In this document: one piece after another, positions 14,725 through 27,490 of the stretch
Layout: each line of letters begins with the position of its first letter
Position numbering within the stretch: position 1 is the first letter of the stretch
NCBI RefSeq assembly: GCF_009914755.1
Contig: NC_060942.1
Length of the DNA stretch: 64,000 bases
Reading direction: 5' to 3' (one strand)
DNA from: the human T2T-CHM13v2.0 reference genome, Homo sapiens
The notes under the pieces: generated by a model
What the model saw: the letters and a program-made list of their open reading frames with translations, nothing else
Told to the model about the DNA's origin: nothing
Databases searched by the model: none
Program-made: the position numbers and the translations under genes

Positions 14725-15119
14725 ATAGCCAAGGATGACTAACCTTGAGAAAAAAAATTTTTTTTAAACATTTAAAAAGTGAAGAATGTAGAAATAAGCT
14801 AGATTATTTATCTTAAAAAATAAAAAGTGCTATTCTAAAATGTAGCAAGTATGTTTGTACATGAAAAATAAAATTACAGCTAAGAAAAATAATCTGAATA
14901 AATCATAAATACATAAATAAAAACAGAACAATAATAATAAGTAAAATTACTAACAGTTACAGAAGGATTTAAAAATTGATAGTAATTGATGGCTCAAACT
15001 CGTAGTCTCTTTTAATAAAAATAAATTATATCTGATTAACTTGTCTTTTTTAATGTCATAATGTGCTTTATTATGAATTTTCTTAATGATATTATATGAT
15101 TAATTATATTCATGTCCTG

Positions 15120-15561
15120 CTGAAATATAAGTGACATAGGATAAACTACACATATTGAAAGAGTATAATTTGATGTATTTTTGATACATTAATATCCTGT
15201 GAAATATCCTCCGTTCATCATCCCAACTCTCAGGTAACTACTGATCTGCTTACTATCACTATAGATTACTTTTCAATGTTTAGTAATTTATGTCATACAG
15301 TATGTACACCTTTGTGTCTGGTTTCTTTCATTCAGCATAATTATTCTGAGATTCATTCACATTGTAGCATGTAATAGTAGTTCATTCATTTTAATTAAAC
15401 AGTACTCTCCATTGTGCTTATGTCTGTGTATGAGTGTATATATTTACATGTGGGTTGTTTCCAGTTTTGTGCAATTACGAATATAGTGAGTATAATAAGT
15501 GAAATAGGTCTATGTAGTTTGTATATGGACAATGCTTTCATTCTCTTGAGTAAATATCTAG
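15120..15561 (-). mobile_element. L1ME/MD 3'-end fragment (donor arm of the inverted duplication)
   Basis: Antisense L1M 3' motifs (ctttcattcagcataattattctgagattcattcacattgtagcatgt). L1 homology continues beyond the duplicated part on both sides. Confidence 0.8.
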
Positions 15562-15665
15562 AAGACGACTGGTGTCCTCATACAGAAGATAAATTTGGTC
15601 ACAGAGACAAACACAGGCAAAACGTCATGTAAACATGAACGCAGAGATGAGGTTGATGCACCTAC
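15562..15665 (+). mobile_element. MLT1 (B/C-like) LTR internal fragment
   Basis: gactggtgtcctcatacagaagataaatttggtcacagagaca...gcagagatgaggttgatgcacctaca. Confidence 0.7.
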
Positions 15666-15940
15666 AAACAATTAACCCAGTTAAAAAATGAGCAAAGATC
15701 CGAATAGACATTTCTTTAAAGAAGACATAAATGACCAACAGAAATATACAAAAATGATCAAACATCAATAATTATCAGGGAAATGCAAATGAAAACTACA
15801 TTGAGATAACACCTCACACATGTTTAAATGGCCATTATTTTCTTTAAATGCAAAATAAGTGTTGAAGAATAATGTGGAGAAAAGGGAAGCTTGATAGACT
15901 GTAGATGGGAATGTAAATTGATGAAGCCTTTATGAAAAAC
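15666..15940 (+). mobile_element. L1 (L1MA/MB-like) ORF2 terminal fragment
   Basis: aaaaaatgagcaaagatccgaatagacatttc...atcagggaaatgcaaat...gtggagaaaagggaa...gggaatgtaaatt. Confidence 0.85.
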
Positions 15941-16990
15941 TTTTGTGATATTGTTATTCATTTTATTTTCTATATTGTAAATTCTACCACATATTTTTAC
16001 TTAAAGAGTTGATTATCTGTTAAAAATAATTTCTTAAATGTTATATATTTACCTATTTAACTATTTTACTTGGGTTCTTTGTTCCTTTGTGTAGATTTAC
16101 ATTTCCTCTTATTATTTTCCATTTTCCTGAAGTACTTCAATATCTCTTATAATGTAGGTTTGCTGATTAGGTATTCTCTTGGTTTCTGAATATCAGAAGA
16201 GTTTTTATTTCGACTTCTTTCTGAATGACATTTTCACTGAATATAAAATTCTAGATTGATAACATTTTTTATTTCAAATACTTTGAAGATGTTTCTCTAA
16301 AATCTTTTCATATGCATTGTTTCATATAGGAAACCTGCTGTCATCCTTATCTTTGATCCTCTGTACATATAATATCTTTTATCTCTGATGACCTTTAAAC
16401 ACTCTCTCTATTACTATTAAAAAAACTTTGATTATAATGTGCCTTAGTGTGATTTTACTCATGTTTTTTGTACTTGGTGGGCTTTTTGGTGCCCTGGATC
16501 ATGTGGCTTTCCATTCTTACTAGTGAAAAGAGACATTTTTCTTAGATCTGTTTGAGAGTCAGGCACTATTGTCTCCTGTCTTTTCAGATTGCCTTAAGCC
16601 TGCCTCGCATGCGTGCATTGATCAGTAATTACCTGAATATTCGAGGGCACTCTGTAGATCTCTAGAATTCCTTTTCTCCTCTCCAATATTCTGCACTACA
16701 AACTACGACACCTTGGTGACTCCAGATTCTCAGTTCTGTCTTCTCAATCAAGAAGTTGGCAGACTTTGCCTTCATTGCCATTCCTGCACTGCCACATGAA
16801 ATCTCTTCAAATGTGGTGAACTAGTATGTCACTGAAGGAAGTAAGGTAGTTAGCTGGGTATTCCCGGGGCTGAATTTGTTTCCTTCTCATAGTTTTGGGG
16901 CAATCTGCACTTCCATATTTAACGTCTAGATTGTTGAAAATCATTGTTTGAAACATCTTACTCATTTTTAGTTAGTTTCGATTTTATAAA
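15941..16990 (-). mobile_element. Ancient L1M ORF1/5' region
   Basis: Antisense ORF1 motif attttcactgaatataaaattctagattga, followed by degenerate 5'UTR. Confidence 0.6.
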
Positions 16991-18075
16991 TTGTAAATCA
17001 GAGTATGTTTTCTTTCTCTACAGATCTCTCATTTTTTTGGATAAAAATATCCTAGCTAACTATAATTTTGAGGAGAAATTGAATGATGAGGCCCTGCATA
17101 CTCTGCTCTGCTAGCAATAAAAATCTTAGGCTGAAATTGAAGATCAAATGCATTAGACACAATAGGTTTTACCCGCCCCCATAAGTTTATCTAACTTTAA
17201 AAAGAATATATAATAGGTAACGTCAGAACAGCAATTGAATGGAAAAGTTCTGGTGACTCATCAGATGTCCCCCACCTAATATATTTGGTAGGTAAAGTCA
17301 AAAGACACAAAGTTTGTGGGGTGCAGACCACCTCCAGCTCAGGAAAATAATAAATTTTGGGGTTCTTTGAGGTTTCATATTTCTTGAAAGGTATGTGAAT
17401 AGCATCCAACCTCTGATGTAGCTTAATGTCATTAGTTATCAATTACTAATCAGTTACTCTTTTTTCCAATAAGCGATCAACAATGAATTACCTGGTTTTT
17501 TTTTTGGTTGTACAGAGCTTTATCTTAGAGCTAGTATACTTTTTTAAATCCATTGAGTTAGTGTTGCAGAAATAATTCAATCAATAACTTTCCTGAGGCT
17601 AAAAGTAGGTTCATTGGCCACTGAAAGTGTTAACACTTTCTGTCAGATATCTTACTCAGTATTTTCCTATTATGCTATTTCTTTTACATAAACTCAAAGT
17701 TTATTATGCCAATCTGAATAGTCTTTATTAAGTTATGCACATAAAATGAAAGGATTGTGGTGGTTGACATAAAAATGAAAAGTGGAGGAATATTTTATTT
17801 TTTCCATGTTATTATGACTTAATGAATTTCTATATCCATTGAAATATTCCAGTGTCCTTGGAAGTGATTTTATAAATGCAATGGAATAACAATATATGGC
17901 ATTTTATGAGTCTGAAAATTAATAATTGATCCTTTCCATTGTTCAGAATATGCAAATCATTTCAGAATATCAACTTAATTTTCCAATAGTGTCACACACT
18001 TGAAGATCAATTATTTTGCATAAGACATTGTATACTACATGTACATGATTAGGAAAATTAAAAATATTAACAAGA

Positions 18076-18410
18076 TGATATGGTTTGGCTCTGTCCGCAC
18101 CCAAATTTTACACTGAATTCTAATAATCTCCATGTGTCAAGAGCAGGGCCAGTTGGAGATAATTGAATCATGGAGGCAGTTGCCTCACACTATTCTCATA
18201 GTACTGAGAGTAGTATAAATGGGAGGTCCCTTGCACAAGCTCTCTTGCCTGTCATCATGTAAGATGTGACTTTACTCCTCCTTTCCCTTCTGCCATAATT
18301 GTGAGGCCTCCCCAGCCATGTGGAACTGTGAGTCAATTAAATCTCTTTCCTTTATAAATTACCCAGTCTCAGGTATGTCTTTATTAGCAGAGTGAGAATG
18401 GCTGAATATG
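18076..18410 (+). mobile_element. THE1 5' LTR
   Basis: TGATATGGTTTGGCTCTGTCC...ATAAATTACCCAGTCTCAGGTATGTCTTTATTAGCAG. Confidence 0.93.
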
Positions 18411-19311
18411 GTAAATTGGTAGTGGTAGAGCAGGGTATTGCTGTAAAGAAACCCGAAAATGTGGAAGCAACTTGGGAACTGAGTAACAGGTAGAGGCTGG
18501 AACAGTTTGCAGGGCTCAGCAAGAAAATATGAAAAACTTTGGAGCTTCCTAGAGACTTACTGAATAGTGATATGGACAATAAAGTCTAGGATAATGTGGT
18601 CCCAGATGAAGATGAGGAACTTGCTGGAACTAGAGCAAAGGTTACTCTTGCTATGTTTTAGCAAAGAGACTGATGGTATTTTGCCCTTGCCCTAGAGTTT
18701 GTGAAACTTTGACCTTGAGAGATATGATTTAGGGCATCTGACAGAAAAAATTTTTTAAGGAGCAACATGTTCAAGAGGAAGCAAAGCAAAAAAGCTTGAA
18801 AAATTTGCAGCCTGACGATGCAATAGAGAAGAAAAACCCAAGCTGGCTGCAGAAATTTGCATAAGTAACAAGGAGCTGAATGTTAATCTCCAAGACGATG
18901 GGGAAAATATCTCCAAGGCATGTCAGAGACCTTTGAGGCAGGGCAGCCCCTCCCATCACAGGCCCCGAGGCTTAGAAGAAAACAATGGTCTCCTGAGATG
19001 GGCCCCAGGACCCTCTGTTGTGTGCAGCCTAGGAACTTGGTGCCTTATGTCCCAGCCACTCCACCAGTGGTTATAAGGGTCAAAGGTAAAGCTCAGGCTG
19101 TGGCTTGTGGGGGTGCAAGCACCAAGCATTGGCAGATTCCACATGTTGTTGAGCTTGTGGGTGCAAAGAAGTCAAGAACTGAGGTTTGGGAACCTCTGCA
19201 TAGATTTCAGAGGATGTATGAAATGCTTGGATGTCCGGGCAGAGGTGTGCTGCAAGGATGGAGCTCTCATGGAGAACCTCTCTGCTAGGGCAATGCTGAA
19301 AGAAAATGTGG
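18411..19311 (+). mobile_element. THE1-int, 3' truncated (no 3' LTR)
   Basis: gtaaattggta...gaaaatgtggaagcaactt, ctggctgcagaaatttgcataagtaac, gaggtttgggaacctctgc. Homology stops abruptly near 19311. Confidence 0.9.
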
Positions 19312-20200
19312 ATCTCAATGTATTTGGAAGAACTGGTGATATCTAATCTGAATTACACATACCAAAAATCATGAAAGATAATCTTATTGTTACTTAAAAA
19401 TACTTTCTGCTTACAGAACTATAATAGGTAATTGTTTTAGGGCATGGTACTGAGTTACAACTTCATTGTATTGTGTTATTATAAAAATGATTATAATAGC
19501 ATAAATCTAAAAAATAGTCATACCCCAGGGCACTGCATTAAAGAGATAGTTCAACACTGTGTAATTGTTTGTTTAATTTATACAGAAGTTTTCTCAATGA
19601 GCTAACAAAAACCTAGTGTAAATACTGGCCAAAACAAAAAGTTTTCAGATGTCTAGAGACGTGCTTTCCATCTATTATTGAAAAGATACATGTTATTTAT
19701 GAATATTATGCTTTACTATCAAATGTATTCTGTCATTTTGTTAGTACTGAATGTCTATATTGTGCTATAAAGCAATAAAATATTCAGGTAGTGCAGGGAA
19801 ACATACTATTGAAATATACGACTGAACTGACAAATTAATCTTCCCTGAAGAGTGGTACTTCTACATAGTGTATCCCACAGGAGCTGTGGGATTGCCTAGC
19901 ACTATTTCTTCACAACATTAGCTGCAGAGAAGCATGTTTTTGGTGATGATGCTCATTCCATCTGTGCAGAGCAGCTGCTAAGTAGACTGCCCAAGGCACA
20001 ACTTGTGACCTGTGTACCTGGGACTGACCCTTGGACTCAGCAGCTGTTGTCATGGGTTTGGTTAGGAAATGGATACCTGATAAAACTAGACAGGCTAGAG
20101 AGATAGGGAAGATGATGAGGTAGGAACTGATTCATTCTATCAATAGGCATAAATCTATTGACTAATAGAGAAAACATAACAGTGTAAAAATTACATAAAG

Positions 20201-20523
<323 letters not shown>

Positions 20524-20811
20524 TTAATGAAGTATATTGTGGGTAATTTCATAGTCTAATATTTAATGGGTAATTTCATTTGTATTTATTACTATTAATT
20601 CTCATAACTTTCATAAGAGAATGGCAAATCTACCATATCTTAATGGCTTATTAAATACATTACCTCACTGTAAACAGAAACTTTAAAATGTCAATGGAAA
20701 CGGTTTGTATATTTGTCATTAATTTTGTTATTGAATTCAAGAAATTAATGCTACATTTTAATAAAAATTTGTAAGAATGGAAAGCTTACTGTTCAATAAA
20801 ATATTTAACGT

Positions 20812-21030
20812 AATGGGCTTTGGACTCAGAAAGAAATGTGTTTGAGTTTGCCTTAGCCAATTTTAGCTGTACCATCTTGGGGAGATTCTGAACCTTTAGA
20901 GTCTCAACTTTCCCATTGATAAAAGGGAAAAATAATATGTAGACCTTAAATTTTCCATGATGATCAAATTAATTGACAAATAAAAATGTTTGAAATAGTG
21001 CCTAGCATATAGCAAGTAATAAGATAAACT
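20812..21030 (+). mobile_element. MIR
   Basis: ggctttggactcaga...gtaccatcttgggga...agtctcaactttcccatt...atagtgcctagcatatag. Confidence 0.75.
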
Positions 21031-21339
21031 CATGTTTTTTTGTTTTGATCTCAGCTTTTTCCCTTTAAAATATTCTCATTTTGCAACATATAGTGAACTC
21101 TTTATTGTATTAAGAATGCCAAAAAGATTTCTAAAATGATATTCTTTTGCTTGCAATCAATAATTTTCAGAGATATGCTTTGACTTGGAATAGCACCCTA
21201 GAATAAAAATCCTGTTTCTTTATCTCAAATGCCTTTCATGGATTTATGTTTTTGATGTTTTAATTTATTTCAGAATGACAGACCTGGTGTTGACAACAGT
21301 AAGAGAAAATCTGTTACTTGTCTTTCAAAGTTTCAAAGT

Positions 21340-21884
21340 TTCTTCTTCTTATGAGTGGTTTCACTTTTCACAATTTCAGTTAACAGTGTTCAATTGCAGT
21401 CTGAAAATATTAGACAGAAAATTTCAGAAATAAACAATTCATAAGTTTTAAATTGCATGCAATTTTGAATAGCCTGATGAAATCTCACACCATCTCACTC
21501 CAACTGGTGTGGGCATGACTCATCCCTTTATCCAGTGTGTCCATGCCATATGTACTACCTGCCTGTGAGTCACTTAGTAGCCATCTCAACTGTTGCAGTA
21601 TCCAGTATTGCAGTGCTTGTGTTCAAGTAACAATTGCTTTACTTAATAATAGCAATTATTAATAATAAGTGCAAGAACAGTGATGCTGGTACATTTTCAT
21701 AATTGTTCTGTGTTTTTTATTAGTTATGTTAATCTCTTACTGTGCCTAATTTCTTTTTAAATTATACTATAGGTATGTATAGGAAAAAAATGTACAGTGT
21801 ATATAAGGTTCAGTAATACCCATGGTTTAAGGCATTCACTGGGGGTCTGAGAATGTGACCCTGAAGATAAGGGGGAAACTGCTG
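21340..21884 (+). mobile_element. MER44B (Tigger7-derived non-autonomous DNA transposon)
   Basis: cagaaataaacaattcataagttttaaattgc, agtcacttagtagcc, gcagtgcttgtgttcaagtaac. Right TIR remnant gataagggggaaactgctg. Confidence 0.85.
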
Positions 21885-22434
21885 TTATGTAGTTCATGGA
21901 TTCTGTAATTGCAGATCAAAGAGATTTCAGGAAGTTTCAGAATTTTTAATTCCATCTTGGGCCTTCTAGAAACTGTATTAGGTAGCATCTCCCTTCAGAG
22001 TCACTGAATTAAATGTATCACATCTCAGTTAGCCCACCACCTTTGCTGAGTCATATTTTTAGAAAAAAGCAATTGGAATTAAAAAAAATCAAGTAATTGA
22101 ACTCATCACTCTCAAAGGAAGAAACCTTGAATGCACAAAAGATCAGCTACTCACTGGATTGGAATAGAAATTCATTCTCATATTCTTCATGAATAAATAT
22201 TAATTTGAAAATGTATGTCACTCTTCTGTTTTTCACTATTATACCTCCTTGTTTCCTGAAAAGATAGCTCATGTGGTTATTAATATCAGAAACTAGAATA
22301 GTGGGGAAGTTAGCACGGATACATGTACTAGGATTCAACTATTTGGCAAAGTTGGGTCTGTAAGTTTGACCTTCTTGGAGATTGTACAGTTGCATTGACA
22401 TAATTTGATCTTTCAGCCACTGAATCTAGTAGGT

Positions 22435-24300
22435 CTTTTTCTTTTAATAGACTTTAATGTTAGAGCAGTTTTATGTTCACAGCAAAATTGAGCAGAAGAG
22501 AGAAATTTCCCATATAGCTCCTGTCTCAACACATGCATAGCCTCTCTCACTGTCAACCTTCCCCACCAAAGTGGTATATGTTAGTTACAATTTATGAGCA
22601 CACATTGAAATATTATAATCACCAGAAGTCCATAGTTTACACTAGGGTGGTTCATTCTTGCTAATGTAAAAACTATGGATTTGGACAAATGTGTAATAAG
22701 ATATATCCATCTTGTACCTTAGTATCTTACAGAGTAGTTTAAGTGCCCCCAAAATTCTCTCTACTCTGCGTATTCATTCCTCCTTCCCCCCAACCCTTGG
22801 CAACCACTGATTTTTTTTTTTTACTGTATCTATAGTTTTTCCTTTTTCAGTTTGTGATATAGTTGGAATCATAGAGTTTGTAGCCTTTTCGGATTGACTT
22901 CTCCCACTTACTAATATTCATTTAAGTTTTCTTGATGTCTCTTTGTGGTTTGACAGCTCATTTATTTTTAACATTGAATGATATTCTATTGACTGGGTGT
23001 TCCCAAGTGTATTCATTTACCTACTGAAGGATATCTTTGTTGCTTCAACGTTGTTTTGACAATGATTAATAAAGTTGCTATAAGATTCCTTGTGCAGCTT
23101 TTGTGTAAACACGAGTTTTCAACTCCTTTGGGTAAACACAAAGGAGTATGATTGCCAAATCATATGGTAAGAGTATGTTTAATTTTGATAGATACTGCCA
23201 AAACTGTCTTTCAAAGTGGCTGTACCATTTTTCATCCACACCAGCAATGAATGAGAATTCCTGTTGCACCACATGCAGTGTTGCCAGTGTTTCGATTTTA
23301 ATCATCTACTAGGTGTGTAAGGATATTTCATTCTCATTTGCATTTTTCTTGTGACATATCATATGGAGCAACTTTTCATATACTTATTTGCCATGTATAC
23401 TTTCTTTGATGATTTGTCTATTAAAGTCCTTGGCCAATTTTTTAACTGGGTTGTTTGTTATGCTGGGTTTTAAAGATTCTTTTGTTTTGGATAATAGTTC
23501 TTTATCTGATATGTCTTTTGTAATATTTTCTCCTATTTTGGCACTTATCTTTTTATTATCTTGACAGTATCTTTCAGAGAGCAAAGAATTTTAATTTTAA
23601 TAAAGTCCACTTTATAAATTCTTTCTTGTATAGATCATGCCTTTGGTGTTGTAGCTAAAGTCACCACCAAATCCAAAGTCATCTTTCTCCTATGTTATCT
23701 TCTAGAAATCTATAGTTTTGCATTTAAATGTGTTAATTATTTGAGTTAATTATTTGAGTTAATTATTGTGAAAGATACAAAGTCTGTGTCTAGATTCATT
23801 TTTCTGATATGTGGACATCCAGTTTTCCCAGCATTATTTGTGGAAAAGACTCTTCTCCATTGTTTCACTTTTGGTCCTTTGTCAAATATCAGTTGATTAT
23901 GTTTAGATGGTTCTATTTCTGGGCTTTCTCTCCTGTTCCATTTACCTGTGTATCTATTTGTTTCACCAATACCAAATTCTTTGTATGATTGTAGCTTTAT
24001 ATAGCCTGTGTAGTGGGCAGTGTCGGTCCTCCAGCTTTGCTCTTCTCTTTTAATATTGTGTTGGCTATTCTGGGATTTTTGCCTTTTTATATAAATCTTA
24101 AAATCACTTTGTTGATATCCACAAAATAACTTGCTGGAATTTTTATCAGGATTAAATCGAATCTATAAATCAATTTGGGAACAACTGACATCTCGACAAT
24201 ATTGAGTCTTCCTGTCTATAAACATGGAACATTATTTCATTTATTTAGTTTTTCTTCAATGTTTGTCAGTTTTGTAGTTTTCCTCATATAGATCTTTCCT
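22435..24300 (-). mobile_element. L1MC1-like 3' end plus distal ORF2
   Basis: ttagagcagttttatgttcacagcaaaattgagcagaag...agtccatagtttacactagggt. The minus-strand ORFs 23078-23584 are degraded ORF2 C-terminus. Confidence 0.85.
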
Positions 24301-25689
24301 AGTATACATTTGTGTACTTTTCTACGGACAGCAAGAGCTGATAAACAAGTTTGCCTCTCTCTCATAAGGGCTTTAACTTAGATTTTTAACTTTCTTTTTG
24401 CGTTTCATGTTTTAAATAGAGTCCCTTTTATCTTAGTTATAAAGCATATAAGAATACAAGTACATACAGTGAAGTGCATCAACAAATGAGAACCACAGTT
24501 ATTTCTCAGGTTCATCATTGTAACAAAAATAGAGATGAATTTAACATTATATCCACTGTTAAGAACATTCTTAGAATCTTCCTTATGAGTTTCAATCAAC
24601 AGAGTAAAATTCTTACAATAGCCTGATGAAATAACTAAGAATATAGCATAAGTCTATTGTAGAGTAGCTAGGACATTGTGGCACATCTGAATGTCAAGTT
24701 AAGAGAGTTTCAAAGCCAGGAAGGTTGAAAAGGGAATAAAATGTCAACTTCTATTTCTACTAAGTTATATATTTTCATTATATACAAAATTCTAAAATTA
24801 TTGGTAGAGATATATGTTCCCAGATAATTCAATTTTTAATGAGGCTATATGTGGAAAAAATATAGGCATTTTTAACCTATTCTTTATATAGGTAAATCCC
24901 AGGAATGTTTTTTCTGGAAAATAAAAAAGTCTAAGTTTCTGAGTTTTATAAACTTTTAGAAAATTTTAAGCTTTTATATTAATATAATACTTTTTTTCCA
25001 CTTTAACACTAGAAGGGTCAAAATAATAAGATGAATTGGTGAATTTACAAAAACACAGTAACCGAAGAGCTAATGATAGAATTGCAGGTATTTAAAAGCT
25101 TGTCTGTCATTGCAAGGAAAAAATAGGTATTGTGCCTACAGTAATAAAAGTGTGATTCTGTGTTCTGGGTAATCATGATTAATTGGATAATTAAAAGCTT
25201 TGATATACTTTTGCAGTTTAATAATAAACAATTTATAGTTTTTAACTCCATTATATAGTTATTATTTGACAAACCTCTGCAAAACAAAATAATAGTAACT
25301 CCTGGTGACAACCATGCCCTAATTTTAAAATTTTTGTCAAAAATACACTTTAATGAGAACAAATGTTCTTCTTGCAGTAAAAACATTACTTAGCAAAGGA
25401 AACACTAGAAAATAAAAAATTATTGAGACTTATGTTTCCAACAGAAACAAGAAAGTATGTTTCTAATATCTTCAAGACATACAAAAGTTGGAGTTATAAA
25501 TAAACCTCAGTGTTAATTTCCTAATTTCTTGTTTTAAATAAAACCATTACTTTTTTGTGCAGTCATCTGAGTCTCAGTAATCCACATTATTTTTCTATTT
25601 CTATAATTGCTATGCTTATATTACAAATATAAAAAAGGAAGTAAAGTTGTATTTATTTTTTTCAGTGGTAGGAAGATATCAAGTGTTTG

Positions 25690-26557
25690 CACACTTCTGG
25701 TCATGACAAAATAGCCTAGATGCATCTGCCTGCTTCTCCCAGGGAATACAACTATAGTTTCTCTTGTGTTCTTTTCACTGAAAGAGAATACTCAATGGCA
25801 GTGGGAAGGTAACTAATTAGGGAGATACCTGAAGACTGGGGAACAACATAGTGGAAGAGCATCTCATGATCTCCCATTCAACAGAAGGCATGCCAGGCCT
25901 GGCATTTCCCAACATCTAATTTAGCAATAGAAGACAGCCAAGGTCAGGTAGGCTCATTCCTCCCCTGGATCAAATAGAAGTCCTGCTGAATATCAGCAAA
26001 GGAGATTTATCAAAATCACTATTTACTGTAAGTCAGAATGGTGCCTGAAGAGGAAAACCTCTGCTTTCCCATCCACTCGGAGGCTGCCTCCTCAACCCAC
26101 AGACATGACATAGCAAGAAACACCAGCTACAGGGACCCACAATAATCACCGAGCTGGAAAAACCTCTTTGTCCAATGAAATGTCAGACATCGTTCTCCAA
26201 TGTGGAGACATTGTGTGGCCAGGGACACCAATAAAGGGGGTCAAGGTCCATGAAACTCTCCTTGAGGCCTGAGACCCCTCCCACTCTTCCACCCTTGCAT
26301 TGACAGACTGTGAAATATGAGGACGAGGGAGTAAAACCACAGCAAGTATATTCACACCAGAATAGTAACGCAAAATCTCTAAAAATTAGATTTCCTTTGG
26401 AAACACAGACTGCCAAAGTAGCAGCACAGAGATTGTGTGCTAAACTTAAAGAGTGTGACTTTCTATTAAAATAATGCAATAAAATAGAAAGCAGTTTTCC
26501 AACATAATATTTGCTAACACATACCTGATAATGACTGGTATCAAAATACACAAAGAT
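25690..26557 (+). mobile_element. Old L1M 5'UTR-like and ORF2 fragments
   Basis: acttctggtcatgacaaaatag start. ORF2-like aatatttgctaacacatacctgataatgactggtatc near 26510. Confidence 0.45.
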
Positions 26558-26595
26558 GCCAGGCACAGTGGCTCACACCAATAATCCCAGAACTT
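26558..26595 (+). mobile_element. Alu 5' head fragment
   Basis: GCCAGGCACAGTGGCTCACACCAATAATCCCAGAACTT, then an abrupt switch to L1. Confidence 0.8.
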
Positions 26596-27171
26596 AGAGG
26601 AAATCCAAGATCTTAGAGGAAAGGCTTTCAGTTTTTCCCCATTCAGTATGATACTAGCTGTGAGACTGTCACATATGGCTTTTATTATATTAAGGTGTAT
26701 TCCTTCTATCCCAAGTTTTTTGAGGAATTTTATCACAAAGCGATGCTGAATTTCATCAACTGCCTTTTCAATGTCAATGGAAATGATCATATAGTTTTTT
26801 ATTTTCTATTTTCTTTATAATGTTGTATCACATTGATTGATTTGCCTGTTTTAGCCATCCTTGCATCACAGGGATAAATACCCATTGCTCATGATGAATG
26901 ATCTTTCTAATGTATTGTTGAATTTGGTTTGCTGTTATTTTGTTGAAGATTTTTGCATCAATATTCATTAGATTATTGGCCTGTAGGTTTCTTTTTTTGA
27001 TGCATCCTTGTCTGATTTTAGTATCAGGGTAATGCTGGTCTTGTAGAATGAGTTTCGAAGTATTCTCTTTCTAAATTGGTATTAAGTTTCTAAATGTTTG
27101 GTAGAATTCAGCAGTGAAGCCATCACATCTCCAGGTTTTATTCAATGGGATTCTTTTCATTATGCCTTCAA

Positions 27172-27490
27172 TTTTTTTTGTGTGTTTTTTTTTCTTTTTT
27201 TTTTTTTTTTGAGACGGAGCCTCGCTGTCGCCCAGGCTGGAGTGCAGTAGCGCGATCTCGACTCACTGCAGGCTCCGTCCCCCGGGGTTCACGCCATTCT
27301 CCTGCCTCAGCCTCCCGAGAAGCTGGTACTACAGGTGCCCGCCACCTCGTCCGGCTAATTTTTTGTATTTTTAGTAGAGACGGGGTTTCACTGTGTTAGC
27401 CAGGATGGTCTCGATCTCCTGACCTCGCGATCCACCCGCCTTGGCCTCCCAAAGTGCTGGGATTACAGGCGTGAGCCACCGCACCCGCCC
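27172..27490 (-). mobile_element. AluYe-like, inserted in L1
   Basis: GCAGGCTCCGTCCCCCGGGGTTC and GCCACCTCG diagnostics. Perfect TSD ATGCCTTCAA (27162-27171, 27491-27500). Confidence 0.93.

Noticed and set aside
19860-20110. Possible very old MLT1/LTR fragment
   Set aside because: Too degenerate to assign by eye.
25000-25020. TTAACACTAGAA resembling a piggyBac terminus
   Set aside because: No matching inverted terminus or transposase remnant was found.
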